From: Trichoplax adhaerens
Lineage: Eukaryota; Animalia; Placozoa
Length of the DNA stretch: 64,000 nucleotides
Reading direction: 5' to 3'
Assembly (NCBI RefSeq): GCF_000150275.1
Contig: NW_002060969.1
Span: forward strand, 310,001 to 374,000
The position numbers and the translations under genes are program-made. How positions within the stretch are numbered: position 1 is the stretch's first letter; each line of letters opens with the position of its first letter. A model generated the notes under the pieces. It was not told the origin of the DNA. It ran no database searches and saw nothing but the letters and a program-made list of their open reading frames with translations. Of the stretch, positions 1-14,195 are shown in pieces.

Positions 1-1435
1 ACGATTTTTGGAGTATCACTTTTAAAAAAATTGATTGATATAAATTGATCGGTTTTATTGCTAATCTTTAAAATAAGCTATCGTATTACTGCCGTGCACC
101 TACTCATGCACAATCGTTCATTGTTTCTTATGTTGTTTATGCTACGAGTATACAACATGCAGTTATATACAGTATATATATGTGTTAGATGTAACTAAAG
201 TCAGTTGCAGCACTGAGGGGTTAGCTTCATGTTGTCATTGATCTCTCTATGTTAGCTGGATCTGGCCGTTGCACTAATTGTAACGGAACTGTAATATTGT
301 AAACATAGAATTATTAAGCTACGGTTAGTAAACCCTGACGTGATGTGTTCGAGTTTTAGTGATACAGTTACAGTAATCGTCTTGTATTGTAAACACTGTA
401 CGCTAGCAGTGTACTGCAATTGTAATTGATGTATTGTATAATTATTGCATACAATATACTCGTATGCGACATAGACCGGCTATAAATACTAATGTATCGT
501 GAGCAAACAGACAGACGCGAGAGCAGTGGAATAGGAATAAAGAGCATGTTGAATTGCAGCCTGAGGGAATATCAAACTGCTTGAGACTTATATAACGATA
601 CACTAATAAAGCTCCTTTCTTCTACTGCTACCTTCTATATACACATCGTTATATTATTTGAACATTATCACATAAGCTATGTATCACCATAGTCTTACTG
701 ACATACTCGATAATGACTGATGCAGTAATGGTACGCATTACATGATGCATATGTATTTAATGCTCAAAAAGCATTCGAATAAGAAACAACTTGCTTATTA
801 TCATAAAGCACGTACTATTATTTTTTGTTTTACTGTCAATCCTAAGGAACGTATAAGTCATACATTATACACATCTATCCATCCGAAATAGTTTAATTGT
901 AATGTCATAACACGCACATTTATTCTTACTACGAATCTGTGGCGTTCATTGCGAGACAAGCAATATCTAGCAGGTTATGTGTAAGATAGTGTTAATGAGA
1001 AGATGTTATTACGAGATATTATAATACTATAGCACATGATGCGGTATACAATATTATGTAAGAGGTAACGATGTAACTGTAACTTGTATGCCAATGTATG
1101 TTGATGAGTTATCGGGTTCAGCACAGCACGGTACTATATTACTTCGACTGTATATCAGAAGCTAGTATTGAATAAATTCGGCATTATTTTGTTGGCCTTA
1201 TTCTGTATTTCTATAAGCTATTCTAAGCTGGATACATAGCATAACTGATGTATGCTTACAGCCCTGGAATATTCGGGATTAACTTAGATATTTCTTAGGA
1301 TTATCCAATTCTAAGGGTTGACACTACCAGTATTATACAAGCATAAAGCATAATACGGTAGCCTACGCCTAGTCTGAAGTTAGGAGCTATTGTATAACAC
1401 ATACCAAATAATATTCAGTATATACAATGCTGTAC

Positions 1436-3163
1436 CTGTAAAGGAACACATTCGCGTCCTTTCATAATCGATATGCGTCTATGATGGTCTCTATTATCAG
1501 AAGAAAAACTTCCAGTTAACAGATAACAAGATAATAAAAAAGATTACATGTACAACAATTAGGCTAAACTGACCCGATTCTCGCCGTAATAGTTGGAATT
1601 TCATTTTTTTGCATATGTCTACGTAAGATATCACCATCCGTAGATCTGATAGTAGACCTTTCTATACCTTTAGAGCTTAAAAATAATGTTGCTATTTAAA
1701 ACGCATTACTAAACTTAATATGTGCCAATTCGCAGTACTGTATTAAATTAAATTTTATATTTTCCTTTATTTATAAATTATATAATGGAAGTTTGGTGAA
1801 CTTATAGTGCAATGATCTGTTTGATTTTTATTGCATGACTATCTTAGTCTGTTAAGTGTATATTTATTTCAATAATTTCTTTATCAAATATTTCATCGTG
1901 GTATTTTTGAGAGTGCAGTAATTATAATCTTACTTGAAAAGATAATCCCTTCCTGGATTAGCGTAAATTGTTGGTAACACTGATTCTTTTTTGAGTCCTT
2001 CTGGAGCGTTGTTACTTTGACACAACTGCTTTATATCGGTCTGATTTTTACAAATACAATTAGATATTGATATATTCGTATTTTCTGTGCTATTTCGAAA
2101 TCAATTAAACATACAAATATTGTAACTTACCATACTTCTAAGCATCGCACTTTGCATTCTGTGAATGGTTTTCTCATTCCCCTAAGTAGTAATAACTGTA
2201 GTTTCAATTGCTTATACGTTAGGGTGGCAAGAACTAAATTGGCTACTGGGTACATCTTTTAGTGACGAAGCTATTTATGCCTAGTAATACCTTCGACCGA
2301 AGCCTTCTTTCTTCTAATCTACGTCGTATTTGTCTACTCCGATGGGTTGATATGGGCATAAAACCGTGATAGGGATGGTCTAGACTGGAGCTGTAAAGGA
2401 AATCTCGATGTAAAGCCGGTTCAGAGACCTACAATTAATCCAGGACACATATATCATAAAATTAATATTATTAACTGCTAGCATTAATAAGTTTGGTGCA
2501 GTTGACCAAAGATACTGTTTAGAAAGAAATATTCAAACAGAGCTTGATTTTAGTATGCATTGAACTGAAAAAGACAAATCAGCAATGTCGTTTACGTTAT
2601 ACTTTATGCAGCTGCATTGCACACATTATACTGATCATTCATAAGAGTTATGTTGTACAATCATGTGTGATATGGTTTATATAGTAATAGCTAGGTAATA
2701 GCCTTTATTATAGCACTTTATGTTTCACCTTTGTTGTAACTTAGATCACAGCATGTAATTATTATATATTCTCTATTTAAGAACTTACGCTCCAAAGAAA
2801 ATTCATTTCATCCAGCGTACAAATCCGTAGTAGTTTTTGAAGAAAGCCGACGCACTGTTTTAAAATGTTAATAAACCAAATGAAATTCGAACTACTCTAA
2901 GTAATGTCCTTATTTAAGTATCACAAAATACTATATTAAACTCGTGTATTAACTATATTTAGATTATTTACATATCTTAAAATGATATACAAGTATATTA
3001 AACTACTTCGATTGAATTCGTCGTACATTTATAAGTTTTGATGACTTACTAGCTCATGCGTCCAGAAAGTTAACCACCTAGCTACATGGTCTAGCTGTTG
3101 TTCGAATTGTATGCTAATTTCGGTCGTAGGTGACGGCCTTGGATATTCCTTAGACACGGACAT
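1436..3163 (-). CDS. Uncharacterised multi-exon protein with an N-terminal helical dimerisation-like (D-domain/SSR-like) module; 3' end not resolved and may continue toward or beyond the window start
   Basis: Phase-consistent GT-AG exons: 3163-3050 (MSVSKEYPRPSPTTEISIQFEQQLDHVARWLTFWTHEL), 2854-2789 (CVGFLQKLLRICTLDEMNFLWS), 2428-2291 (VSEPALHRDFLYSSSLDHPYHGFMPISTHRSRQIRRRLEERRLRSK), 2181-2131, 2040-1934, 1675-1574, 1490-1436. Not in the ORF track because every exon is short. Confidence 0.75.
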
Positions 3164-3770
3164 TGCGATGATCGATAAGGTAAGCTGCTGTATATTTACG
3201 AAAAAAATTGTTCTAATATATGTCAGAGTTTGTTTCTTGCATCTTACAATCTACTTAAAAATACAAATTGAAATGTACGATATCTGATCACTATGTATCT
3301 TATCTTAACATGTACTGTACTGTACAGTATTTCATAAAAATGTAATAAATTTTGCGCTGTATTTTAATGGTACTCTACGGACTACGGAAAGATTTTCTGG
3401 ATAAGTCTGAAAGCTAGCTTTATTACTATCAGTTCCAATGCAGGCTGCAGTACTTTAGCGATTAAATAGTTACCTGTGGTAAATGTACGGTATATTATGT
3501 ATATAACATATACATATGCTGTATATACATACGTATATATTCTTACGGTATATTAGTGTAACCCACGCCTGTTCTACTTCGCAAACTGTATACAGCCTGT
3601 ACGCACGTACTTGTACTTTTTACTTTGCATGATATTAATTATATTATTTATAATAGTATTGTATACTGTAGCAACGTCAGTACGTTACGATAGAGGGTGT
3701 CATCTGATATTTAAATATTGTATAACAGCAGAAAAGTACAGAATTGATAAATCAATTAAATCTTCAAACT

Positions 3771-3784
3771 GTTGCCATGGTAAC
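3771..3784. promoter_or_regulatory. RFX X-box (GTTGCCATGGTAAC)
   Basis: Near-perfect palindromic X-box consensus about 600 bp upstream of the ATG at 3163. A plausible 5'UTR intron lies in between (minus-strand donor near 3473, acceptor near 3184). Confidence 0.7.
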
Positions 3785-4214
3785 GGGAAGCATACCGTAT
3801 CGGGCTGTGCTACAGTATACTGTAAGGTAATGTAAAGTAAATCAGATAAACACTGTTAGTAAAATGGAATAAAACAAAATAAACTAGTGCACGAAATCAT
3901 AGCAATATCTACTTTACCATAGTTAATTAACAATGATATTATTGTTAGGATTGCTAGATAGGTGTACGTGTACATGCGTCGAGTTTAGTTAATTAATCAC
4001 TAACGTGTAGAGTCAGTTAGTGCAGTACCATAACCTCACTTCTATCATATCATTGTAGAAGTGCAATCAAAATGACTCTTAAGTCTAAACTCGACTGCGT
4101 GCATTTATGTAATGGTATAGTGCAGGACATACTACCATATCTTATTAAAGCGTAGATAAATAATAAAAATTAAATTTGATTCCTATCCTCCACACGATTG
4201 ACTAATCTGTACCC

Positions 4215-4655
4215 TACTACTGTACAGTATACTGTACTGTACATGTACTGTACTAGTCATTACTGTACTGTAGAGTACTGTACAATGTGTACAGTGTATA
4301 GTACAATGTGTACAGTACAATATACAGTACAGTACACTGTGTACTGTACTGTACTGTACTGTACATAATAATGTAACTACTGCAGTTTCTACTGTATAGT
4401 GTACAGTACTGTACTGTACAGCAGAGTCTTGCAATGAGTGAAAACGCAACCCGAATCCGACAAAGCCCGAACACATTGTTGATTTTCTAACCCGAAATGA
4501 GTACAGTACAAATGCTATACAAATACTGTATCACCATAGAAATTCTTAACCCGAATCCCGTCTCGAGTCGGGGTTCAAGTCGGGTTTCGGGTTGACTATT
4601 AAGTCGACTACAGTACCGTACACTGTACTATACTGTACTGTACAGTACTGTATTG
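4215..4655. repeat. (TACTG/CAGTA)n pentamer island with embedded AACCCGAA direct and inverted motifs
   Basis: Dense tactg/cagta/tactgtacagta units. AACCCGAA at 4448, 4489 and 4548; inverted TTCGGGTT at 4586-4593. Confidence 0.85.
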
Positions 4656-6941
4656 ATGTTCGCAGTGATACAACATTTACAAAACAGAACATTTAAAACT
4701 AGGATTAGTAGCTTTTTTTACCAGAACAAAGCTCATACTTTCTCTAGCGAAGCTGCAACCTCCGTTAGTTTGAACATTACAGCATCGAAGATACTATGGC
4801 TACAGTGTCAGATTAGGTATGAGTCATTAACTTTCCTATTCCTATTACATATCGAGTTGCACACCGTTGCAAAATATGCTGGATGTAGCTTCCTACGTTT
4901 ACAGTATGACTGTTCTGAGAGGACTTTTCAGAATGTCGTTCGTTTAGGTGTAAATCTCTAACTATTTATAAACTCATTATTAACGTATTACTATGCTAGC
5001 GTCGTAACTTCTCATGAAAGCTTTCATACTGCAATAGTAGTCAGTCTTGAAAAATGTATTTTAAGGATTACAGTACAGTATTACGATTGATTATAGTTGA
5101 ATCAGAATTGTGGCTACCTCCCTGCTGTGTTTCATACTCGTAAATCAGCCTGCACCAGCTCAGGGCGCCCAACAGTATGTACTGTTCAGTACGTACCTGC
5201 AAGCTCAATGTTGCAGTACTGGACTGTACAGTACAATACTGTGACCGTACTAATTCACATACAGTAACTGTATAACCTTGCGTACTTACTACTAGAACTT
5301 GCAAAATCTTCCTAAAAGTAGGAATTTAATGGATGAATTCATGATTCGAAACAGTAAATTGTAGTCGAAACACGCAGGAAGTTTAATGTTTTCTACTATT
5401 AACTAATACTAAAGAATCCATTAAAAAGGCTAATTTAAACTATTGCTGCATTCTATACCTGATCTTATCGGCATAATAATTCTTTCTTTTTATTTTCAAA
5501 ATATCAGTGTTGCGTCAATCTGTCATTGCAACATCATTAATTAAACACTTATAAGCGTAATTACATTTGTCATTATGCAGTACAGTATAGTACGGTGAAT
5601 ATGTTACTGTAATTATTTCATTATCATGATTTATTTATTATACTAGACTGTAATTACAATACTCTGGTGTCTACTAATGAGAATTTTTAGCATAGCTTGG
5701 GCTGGCTTGTGCGCTCACGCTCTTGCAGGCTGAATTAAAGTCTACTGTAATCAACCCTCTTAATCAACACGCCTATCATGTTACGCTACAGTACGGTACT
5801 GGAATTCCCTAATTTCTACAGTCTGCACATATCTCTAATATCACTACAGTAAGTAGTACTGTATGTCAGCTACTAGGACCTCCCATGGTTTCTGTTTGTT
5901 CAATTTTGTTATTATTATTATAATAACTATGATAATATCATGGTATTTAAATTAAATACAGTAATACAGTATCTTTTATCAAGTCCCGTACTGAATTATT
6001 ACTGTATTTTTGGAATACAATAATACGTTCAGTAGTCATCATGGACTACCACGGAGTGCTGCTGTAGTAATACAGTATACATATATTATGTTGATGTGAC
6101 AGTAAGTAGGATAGCTTGAACGAAGTTTACAAAGAATTTTATGCAAAATGAATTAGGGTTACTGTACTAGTACTGATTCAGCGTATTATTATTTTCTTGA
6201 CTCTAGCAAGTCGTGGATAACTAGCTACAATGTTATTATGCTGTACACAAAGTACACAGATGTAACCCTCGAAGATGTGCAGTCATCGATAAATTTCCCA
6301 ATTTCTATACCTGTTCACAATATAGTCTTGGCATGTACTATACTATTTGTAAATAATTATAGTACTTTAACATTTACATACGCGTATATTAACAACAAAA
6401 CGTATTATCATCAATCCAATATACATTACGTAATGTAAGCGCTTAATAGGTTCTGCCAATTCGGGCAATATTCTATCATATGTGACATGCTCGCATTGTT
6501 CAGAGCTTAAGTTAGTAATAGATATTCATTAACATCGCAATGACAATAATCGTTTTAGATCAAGTTGACTCATCATTTTCCTCCGTTTTACCAAAGTTAG
6601 CTTGACCAGATTACCGTACTGTGTAATCAACAACTGTAACTCGGTTTAATAACAAATATATACTACAAACATACGCTAATAGGTTGTGTTTGACCATCAA
6701 TCGTACCATCTTCATGAATAGTTAACTGGCTATTGCTAGGCTTAGCCTGCCATTTTATTAAAGTGCTATATTAAAAGGAATATTTTGTATCTTATGAATA
6801 AGTCTTATCACTTTTATATTGAGGGTGTGAACTTATATCCAAACATAGTTCTGTCAGATCGGTATGCCGATAACAGTTATAACATTATCATTGTCTATAA
6901 GCTGATTGCGATTAATCGTCTACATAGAAAAAATTCTCGCC

Positions 6942-9900
6942 ATGAGTGATTTCGGAAAATTCGATGTAAGTCTGGAAGCTGATGTTGATCAGGCCCTATC
7001 TGCAGATGATAATTATATGTTGGAGACCTTATTTAGAGTTTGCGATGTACAATCAACGGGCGAAGTCCGTATATCCAAGATTATTTCATATTTAAAACAG
7101 AATGCTTTGCCTGATACTACAGAGGTATGCGATAAAATGTAACCTTTAATTCATTTAATGGCCTTTTATATCGCGGAAATGTCAACAAATTAGCTAACTT
7201 AATAGCCGTATTTAACCCTAATTATTAATTATTAGTCTGCGGAAGCTTTGGAAGAATTGGCGAGACTATTTGATCCAGGCAATGGAGACCCTCTCATTGC
7301 GAAAGATACGTACAAAAGAGTTATACGCCGCTGGATTTCATCTCTTAAATACAAAAAAAGTAATTTCAGGTACGATTCTTCACTTGGATTACGTCAAATG
7401 CTGTATGACCCTTTAAAAGAATTTGTTAATAATATTGCTATTATTATAATTAATTCAAAATTAGTTCAGAGTTTTCAGCAAATGCAGTGGTGGGAATTGA
7501 TCATCAAACGGTACGCGCTGTGGTGACCTAAGTGTTTTAATAAATTATGCAGTTATCTTTTTATATTGACTTATACTCGTACTGCCTTCTTGCGCCGTGA
7601 TTGTGTTAAGTTTTTACTTTAGCATTCTGACGACACTTAAGTCTACTGAAACTTCTTGATCGACGAAGTATGATTACTTATACTAGTAGATAAGTTATGG
7701 ATAGCTAATAAGCATATTTTGATACCAGGAAAATCCTAGAAGCAGTTATTTCGAAGAAATATGGAACAGTACTGATGAAGAAGGTATGCAATATTTATAT
7801 TGTTAGTAAACAAGACGAGTGAGTACTTTTGTTCATTAATGGATTATTTATGTAATATATAGTGTTCATCCTTTAAATTTTTAGTTGATAAATATATGAA
7901 AGAATTATACTTAGTTTTAATCGATACTAATGCTAACTTTTAATTAAATACGCGACAATTTTGCCCGCTAACTGCACACTCGACTAATGTGCAGTGCCTT
8001 CGTCTTCCTTCCTGGATATAACTGATCGGTAATTAGAGCATTCATTGATTTTTATTGTTAAGTTGATTCGATTATTTGTTGCTAAGTGAAGTTAATTTTT
8101 TACTTTAAAACTATAATAGTAGTTGTAAGTACGTATATTAGATACTTACTGAGTAGCATAGGCATACTGATATATATCAACTAACCGTTTAAATAAGTAA
8201 ATAATGAATCTTTTCTTATAGTGACAAAACTGTACTTCTAAGCAGAATGTCACAGCTCCAGTTGGAAAATAGAGAACTTTATAGACAGAGCAAGGAAGCG
8301 GTTTTACAGGTCTGGTTGAATCAAATTACCTTAGCATAAGCAGAAGTATAACGCGATGATGATAATACTTATCAATTGATTTGTTGATTATAGGTGGAGG
8401 CAATAGAAGATTCAAACCAGCAATTAGAACAAGAAATAAGTGAACTACGAAAAAAAGTCATAAGGTATAAGTCAATAAAGTTTTCTTGAATTCAGACTAC
8501 TGCTGTCTAGCTATTGACTCAGTGTTATTTACTAGTAATCAAAATATTGCTGAAAATAATAAGCATTTACTTGAGGAGAACGAAGAGTTAATGTCTACTG
8601 GTATGTGCATTTACAGTCTCTAATCTGTCTCTCAATCTTGTATACCTTTAGTTGTATTTTTTGTGCACTATTTTCAATCTTAAACTGGTAATTTTTAATG
8701 ATCTACTTCAGTTTCGGAGTTGCGCCAGGCAAAAAATAGAATTCAAGGAAAAAATGTACAATTGGTTAGTTTCATATCTATGAAGCTTTGTAACTTAGCG
8801 TAACTCTAGCACTTGTTGTTACTTTCAGGAGAGGGACAACATTGAACTTGAAAAGAACTTAAAAGAATTACATGAAATGGTAAGTTACCGTACCATGTTA
8901 ATTATCTACGTTTCCTTTCATTACTGTGGTGGAAAATACTACCAGTGTTTATTACTGATGTATTCTTTATGCATTCTTAAAGAAATGTATATATGTATTG
9001 AATGACTAGTAACTAACTTTTCGGCGGAATTCCCGATGAAATTACCATGATTAATTTTGGTTCACACGTATCATTCTTAGCTTGATAAGTCGTATTCGTC
9101 ACTGGAGGAATTGAAGACAGTAAAACAAGAAGCTTATCGAACGTTGGATGAGCATAAACAAAGTGTAAATATCTTGAAACTAGTGTATAGTCCACTTGCG
9201 ATATGCGGTATTGCAAAACTGCACCCTATTTAAATAAATCCGTTGCAAATTAGTGATTAGCAATTATTGTAATCAATTATAGAATATTGAGAATCTTAGC
9301 AGTTTATTTCTGACGACTCAATTATAGAAGCGATGTTCTCAAATTAATGGTTTTGTTTCTATAATTGCTAGAGATTTCAGACTGACTATCTAGTGCTTGA
9401 ACTTTCAAGTTTAAAAGCAGATTTGGCTCAGGTATGTATTTGTAAGGAGTATCATACAAGTATCTTAAAATTTTTTCATTGTTAGGTGACCAAATGTACT
9501 CTTCATTTTTACTATCATATAATCAATCACATTATATCGTTACAATGCATTATCAGTTTACTCTTTCAATTATGTAAGTAATTATCTTATTATTTATGTA
9601 TTACTTAAAGACACGATTATCAGCTAAGAGAACGGATGCTATCAATAACAAGTTGACAAACGAAAATGATTCTTTGCGTAAGATTATAGCTGACCTAGAA
9701 AAGGCCTTATCGGAGGAGTCGAATAAAAGGTATATCAAACACATTTTCTTGCTAACTTAGTTAATAGGAGTAGGTTACAGTATTTTCTCTTCCATTGGTT
9801 TGCATGAACATAAATTCTTTATATGTCGAAACTAGCTCTTTGCTCCTGCAGTAGTATCTTAATAGGAATAAATCATTGTTTGTATTACGGCCCGAATTTA

Positions 9901-12900
9901 AATATCAATCTCATAAATTGGTTTACTACCCCGTTGTAAGAATCCCATAAACTACACGAAAAATTGAGGAATGTACTGTGCATTATATTTACAATTGCTT
10001 ATGAGGAGTAATACGTATACCCACCAGTTGGGTACCGTATGATGATTTTACATCTAAATTCAGATATCTGAAACAGTTTTATAATGATCAAGCGATAAAT
10101 TGCATTGATATAGCTCCTATGATATTTAAATGTCACCAATATCATTTCTCATATTAACAGAGTACTTTGGCAACACGACAATATGTTAAATACGGCAAAT
10201 GAAAACGGTCAGTCACTACACAGCGAAATACAGTCAGAAATAATTTCTGGATCTCACAGAGGCAATATTATTTTGCCGTTACCATTATGTGATACGGATC
10301 CAAGGAGAATCTTAATGACTTGTCCTGAAGTTAATCAGCCTTTCTTAAAAGACTTAGAAAGTTACGCCGATAGGTGTGTCGAAGAAATCTTTGCATGTAT
10401 ATATGATAGAAATGGAAAGAACTCAACATATGGTAAAAATTTCGGAAATAGAAATTATAGCACTACCTTGAATGTAGAAATCCACGAAATTAAGCATGAC
10501 CCAGAAGTACTTTTTGCGACAACACTCGTTAATGGAATATTTAAGGATATCTTTACTAGATATACTGAACTGATTAGCGCTAGTATCCGAAAGTATGACC
10601 ATCAAAGACCGAGCGCCTCTGGAAGTGTCGATATTAATATCACTAGCAATTCCATTGACAGTTTTGTTAATATCTCTCTAGATAGCTCAATACCAAAAGA
10701 TGGTTACAGTATCATTGCAGGACAAGCTGTAAGTCTGTCTTATAATTAAAACTTGATTTACTTTAGGCACGTTAATAACAATATAATACAACTCCTTTAC
10801 TATAGCTAATAAACTATTAAAATAACGGCTTGTTCTTGAATTTATCAACTTACTCAAATTATTTATTCTTGTTTAGGCAACGGTCTTTGAAGAAAAAAAG
10901 GTAGCTGTTCTCAATCAAATAACGCATCTACTTTCGTCGTCACCAAATATCGAAAGAGAGGTAATTTATTCATGATTAATATTACACTCCGATATGGCTA
11001 TTAATATTGATAGATGGCTCATTTGATTGGTGAATTAAATTTCCAGGGTATCTGCCGAGACTTAGAGAACGAGTTAAATAATTTTTCGAATAAAATTTCC
11101 GTATTGGCTTATTCTAAAAACAAATTAGAAAAAAGGTACGGTGATTTAATATTCACTAAGTAATAAGTCGGTAAATATGATTACTGAATATAATGTATGA
11201 ATGGAAGACAAATATTATAACAACAAACCCTTACAACGATAGCTCTTTAGTTTTTTCTATCATATTATAATTCTGCTGATTAATTATTAATGTGCTAATA
11301 AATAGGGATATATTTCTTATAAGGGTAGAGTTCGAGATCAGGATTAATTATGGATCTGTAATATTAAAATGATTAGATTGATGAATTGTATATTAGAGTA
11401 TAGCTAATGAATATTGTTGGCGATCTTATATACGTGTATTTGGCAGTACCCTAGCTGGAAATATTAGTGATTAGAATCCGAATCTAACGTACTAATAGCG
11501 ATTTATTAACCTTCAAATAAAATTTGAATAGGCTAGCTTCAGTGAATTTGTTACTCGAGAAGTTACGAGGTATGAAAGAGATAAAGCTTTCCTATTGATG
11601 CGTTTTGTAATTCCACCGAAACCGTAGCTCTTAACTGCGTAAAATTTTAGGTCTCTTAAAACTATGTACGCTGCTGTTATATCGTAGTTAGGTACTAGTA
11701 CATTTTACCTTTTAATTCAGAAGTAATCCTAATGCTTTCGAAGTTCGTTAAGTGAATCCAATCTAATTGCAGCAGGACCTAATCACCGTCATAAATACGA
11801 TATTGTACTAGACAATGTCAATCGCTGTATTCTTACTGAATTATTGGCAATTGCGCTCCACATTGCTTTTTCAATTCAAAGTTATGATAACAAGTTATTA
11901 TTTTGAAGTTTCTGTAATTAAATGTTGATTTTGATCGTTAACGTTAACTCTTTCAGAGGAAAACAATAGCTTGCGATATGAATCTCGAATACTGGCAGAT
12001 AAACTTAATAACTCTAGGCATTACGCTATAAAATTGGAATTAAGGTAAGTTGGTAAATCAAAATGCAACCTAACCGACTTACTTAAAGGCCTTATTTTAG
12101 TGCTACTAGTTATACATTCAGTACATGAGCAAGCACCTTTACATATATTCTTAGTTTAGGATGGATAAGAAAGCGCTACATTTTATGTTTATTCTGCAGT
12201 AGCGTATAAAGTAAGCATTTCGCATTTCACAATTTTTGCATCGGGTTTACCGTAAGATGCATATTGTAAGTTTTAATTTATTTACGAATAGAATTAAGCA
12301 CATAATTCGAGTACATTTTTGTATCAATGCTAATGAATTTATTAGGTATCTGTTGTGATTGTAATATAGTATATATTTATTCCAGATACGGTGTCAACAT
12401 TGATACGAGGAGTTTACTTTATTAACCGTGCTTACTTCTTACTTATTTGTGCGATCACTGACCAGACAAGCTGCCGGATTGACGGATAATTATAATTGCA
12501 ACTAATAATACATAACTTAGCAGCGATACTTCATGCAATACAGCGTATAATTAGCTGTTTCATATAAACCTAGCTTTGCTTTGCATAATATTCATTGTTC
12601 GTAGCAATTATTTACATCCAATGCAAAATCTGGGATATTAGTCAGAATTCAGAAATTTGTGAACGCGCATTTGCACAGCAAATCTTTGGGTACAGCTTAT
12701 AGATTGTTTCACAGGTTTATTGTACTGACAATCACACCTAGTAGTAGATTCATAGTTAGCTATACAGCCTATATTGTATCATTAATAACCGTTTGAACAT
12801 CAACAGACCATCTTGGTACAATTCTATCAAGATTTTAATGAGCCATAAATCTATTTAGAACACAGAGATTTTTGAAGAACAGCTCCAGGAATAATGTACC

Positions 12901-14156
12901 GCATAAAAGATGCCTACCTAAACACCCTTATTGATAATGTTGGGTATTCTCTACATTAATCGTATATAGTTCGCATCTAATTCTTACCCTTCAGTCTTGC
13001 TGACATTTACTTTTACTTACTAATCTTAAATTTATAAATATTCATACAATAACATGTCTATTCTATTTTTACCCTAATAATGTATTTAAATCCACTTTAC
13101 CTTAACATGCGCTGGATAGTGGGGACTCTAAAATTTCTAGCGTAACTGTGAGGTGCATTGCGGTAGCCTACCGTAAATCAGGGCGCAGATTATAACAATT
13201 ATAGATTTAATTAAGACGGAATTCTATAAACAATACCATACTTCAGTTCTACATTTATCGTAAAGTACATTAATGTGGATATACATCGCACATTCTCCGT
13301 ACATCTGTATATCCAATTCTCTATATAATATCTTCTACATAACAGAATTCTATAAACAAATACCTTGGTTCAGTTTTTTATTTATCGTGCAGTATAATCA
13401 ATGTATACTATTTCTGGATCATAGTACGGAGGCGTCTATATCGACTAAATATTAAGAACTAGTTTCATACGCATATATTTTAGCTTGTTTTCCGTATGGT
13501 CTGCAATTGCGAAGAATTATCTGGATGATTTATCAATTGCAATCACTATATTTACACTATATTTGCGTATTTAGCTAATTAGTCTATGCTCATATCACAT
13601 AATAATCATTTTTCATATATATACAGTATAGTAATTTTTAGATTATAATTAATAATTTCCTCACTGACTCATCTACTCAGTACTTCGTAGGGATTTACAA
13701 ACATAAAAATTTTTGCCCAAACTGTATACAGTAGTCAGTAGGTAAATAAATAAATAGTGACAGTAAATTACGGTAATGTAATGTACTGTATCATGTGCAC
13801 TTGTGCAGTACTGTACAGTACTGTACAGTACATTACATTACCTTACCATAATACTGTACTGTACACTGTACAGCATGTACTACTGTACATTCATGGACTG
13901 CTAAAAGAAGACCTGGACCCACAGGTCTCGTTTTAACCTTACCGCATAATACAGTACAGTACATTATACGCTTCTGTACTTTAATCGTACTGCATCTACT
14001 GTACAGTACTGTAGAGTGAAAAAGCCGTTATGGACTTTCTATGGTTTTTTCTTACTAGTGCTGCAGTGTACAGTATGTATAGTACGGCATTATTTGAAGA
14101 AGAATGACCAGTGATACTAATATACTATACAATTGTCGGTTTCTGGCACAGATTAC

Positions 14157-14195
<39 letters not shown>

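Noticed and set aside
1-1435. Further exons of the minus-strand gene or a separate small gene
   Set aside because: Several candidate acceptors exist but no unambiguous phase-consistent path; left unannotated.
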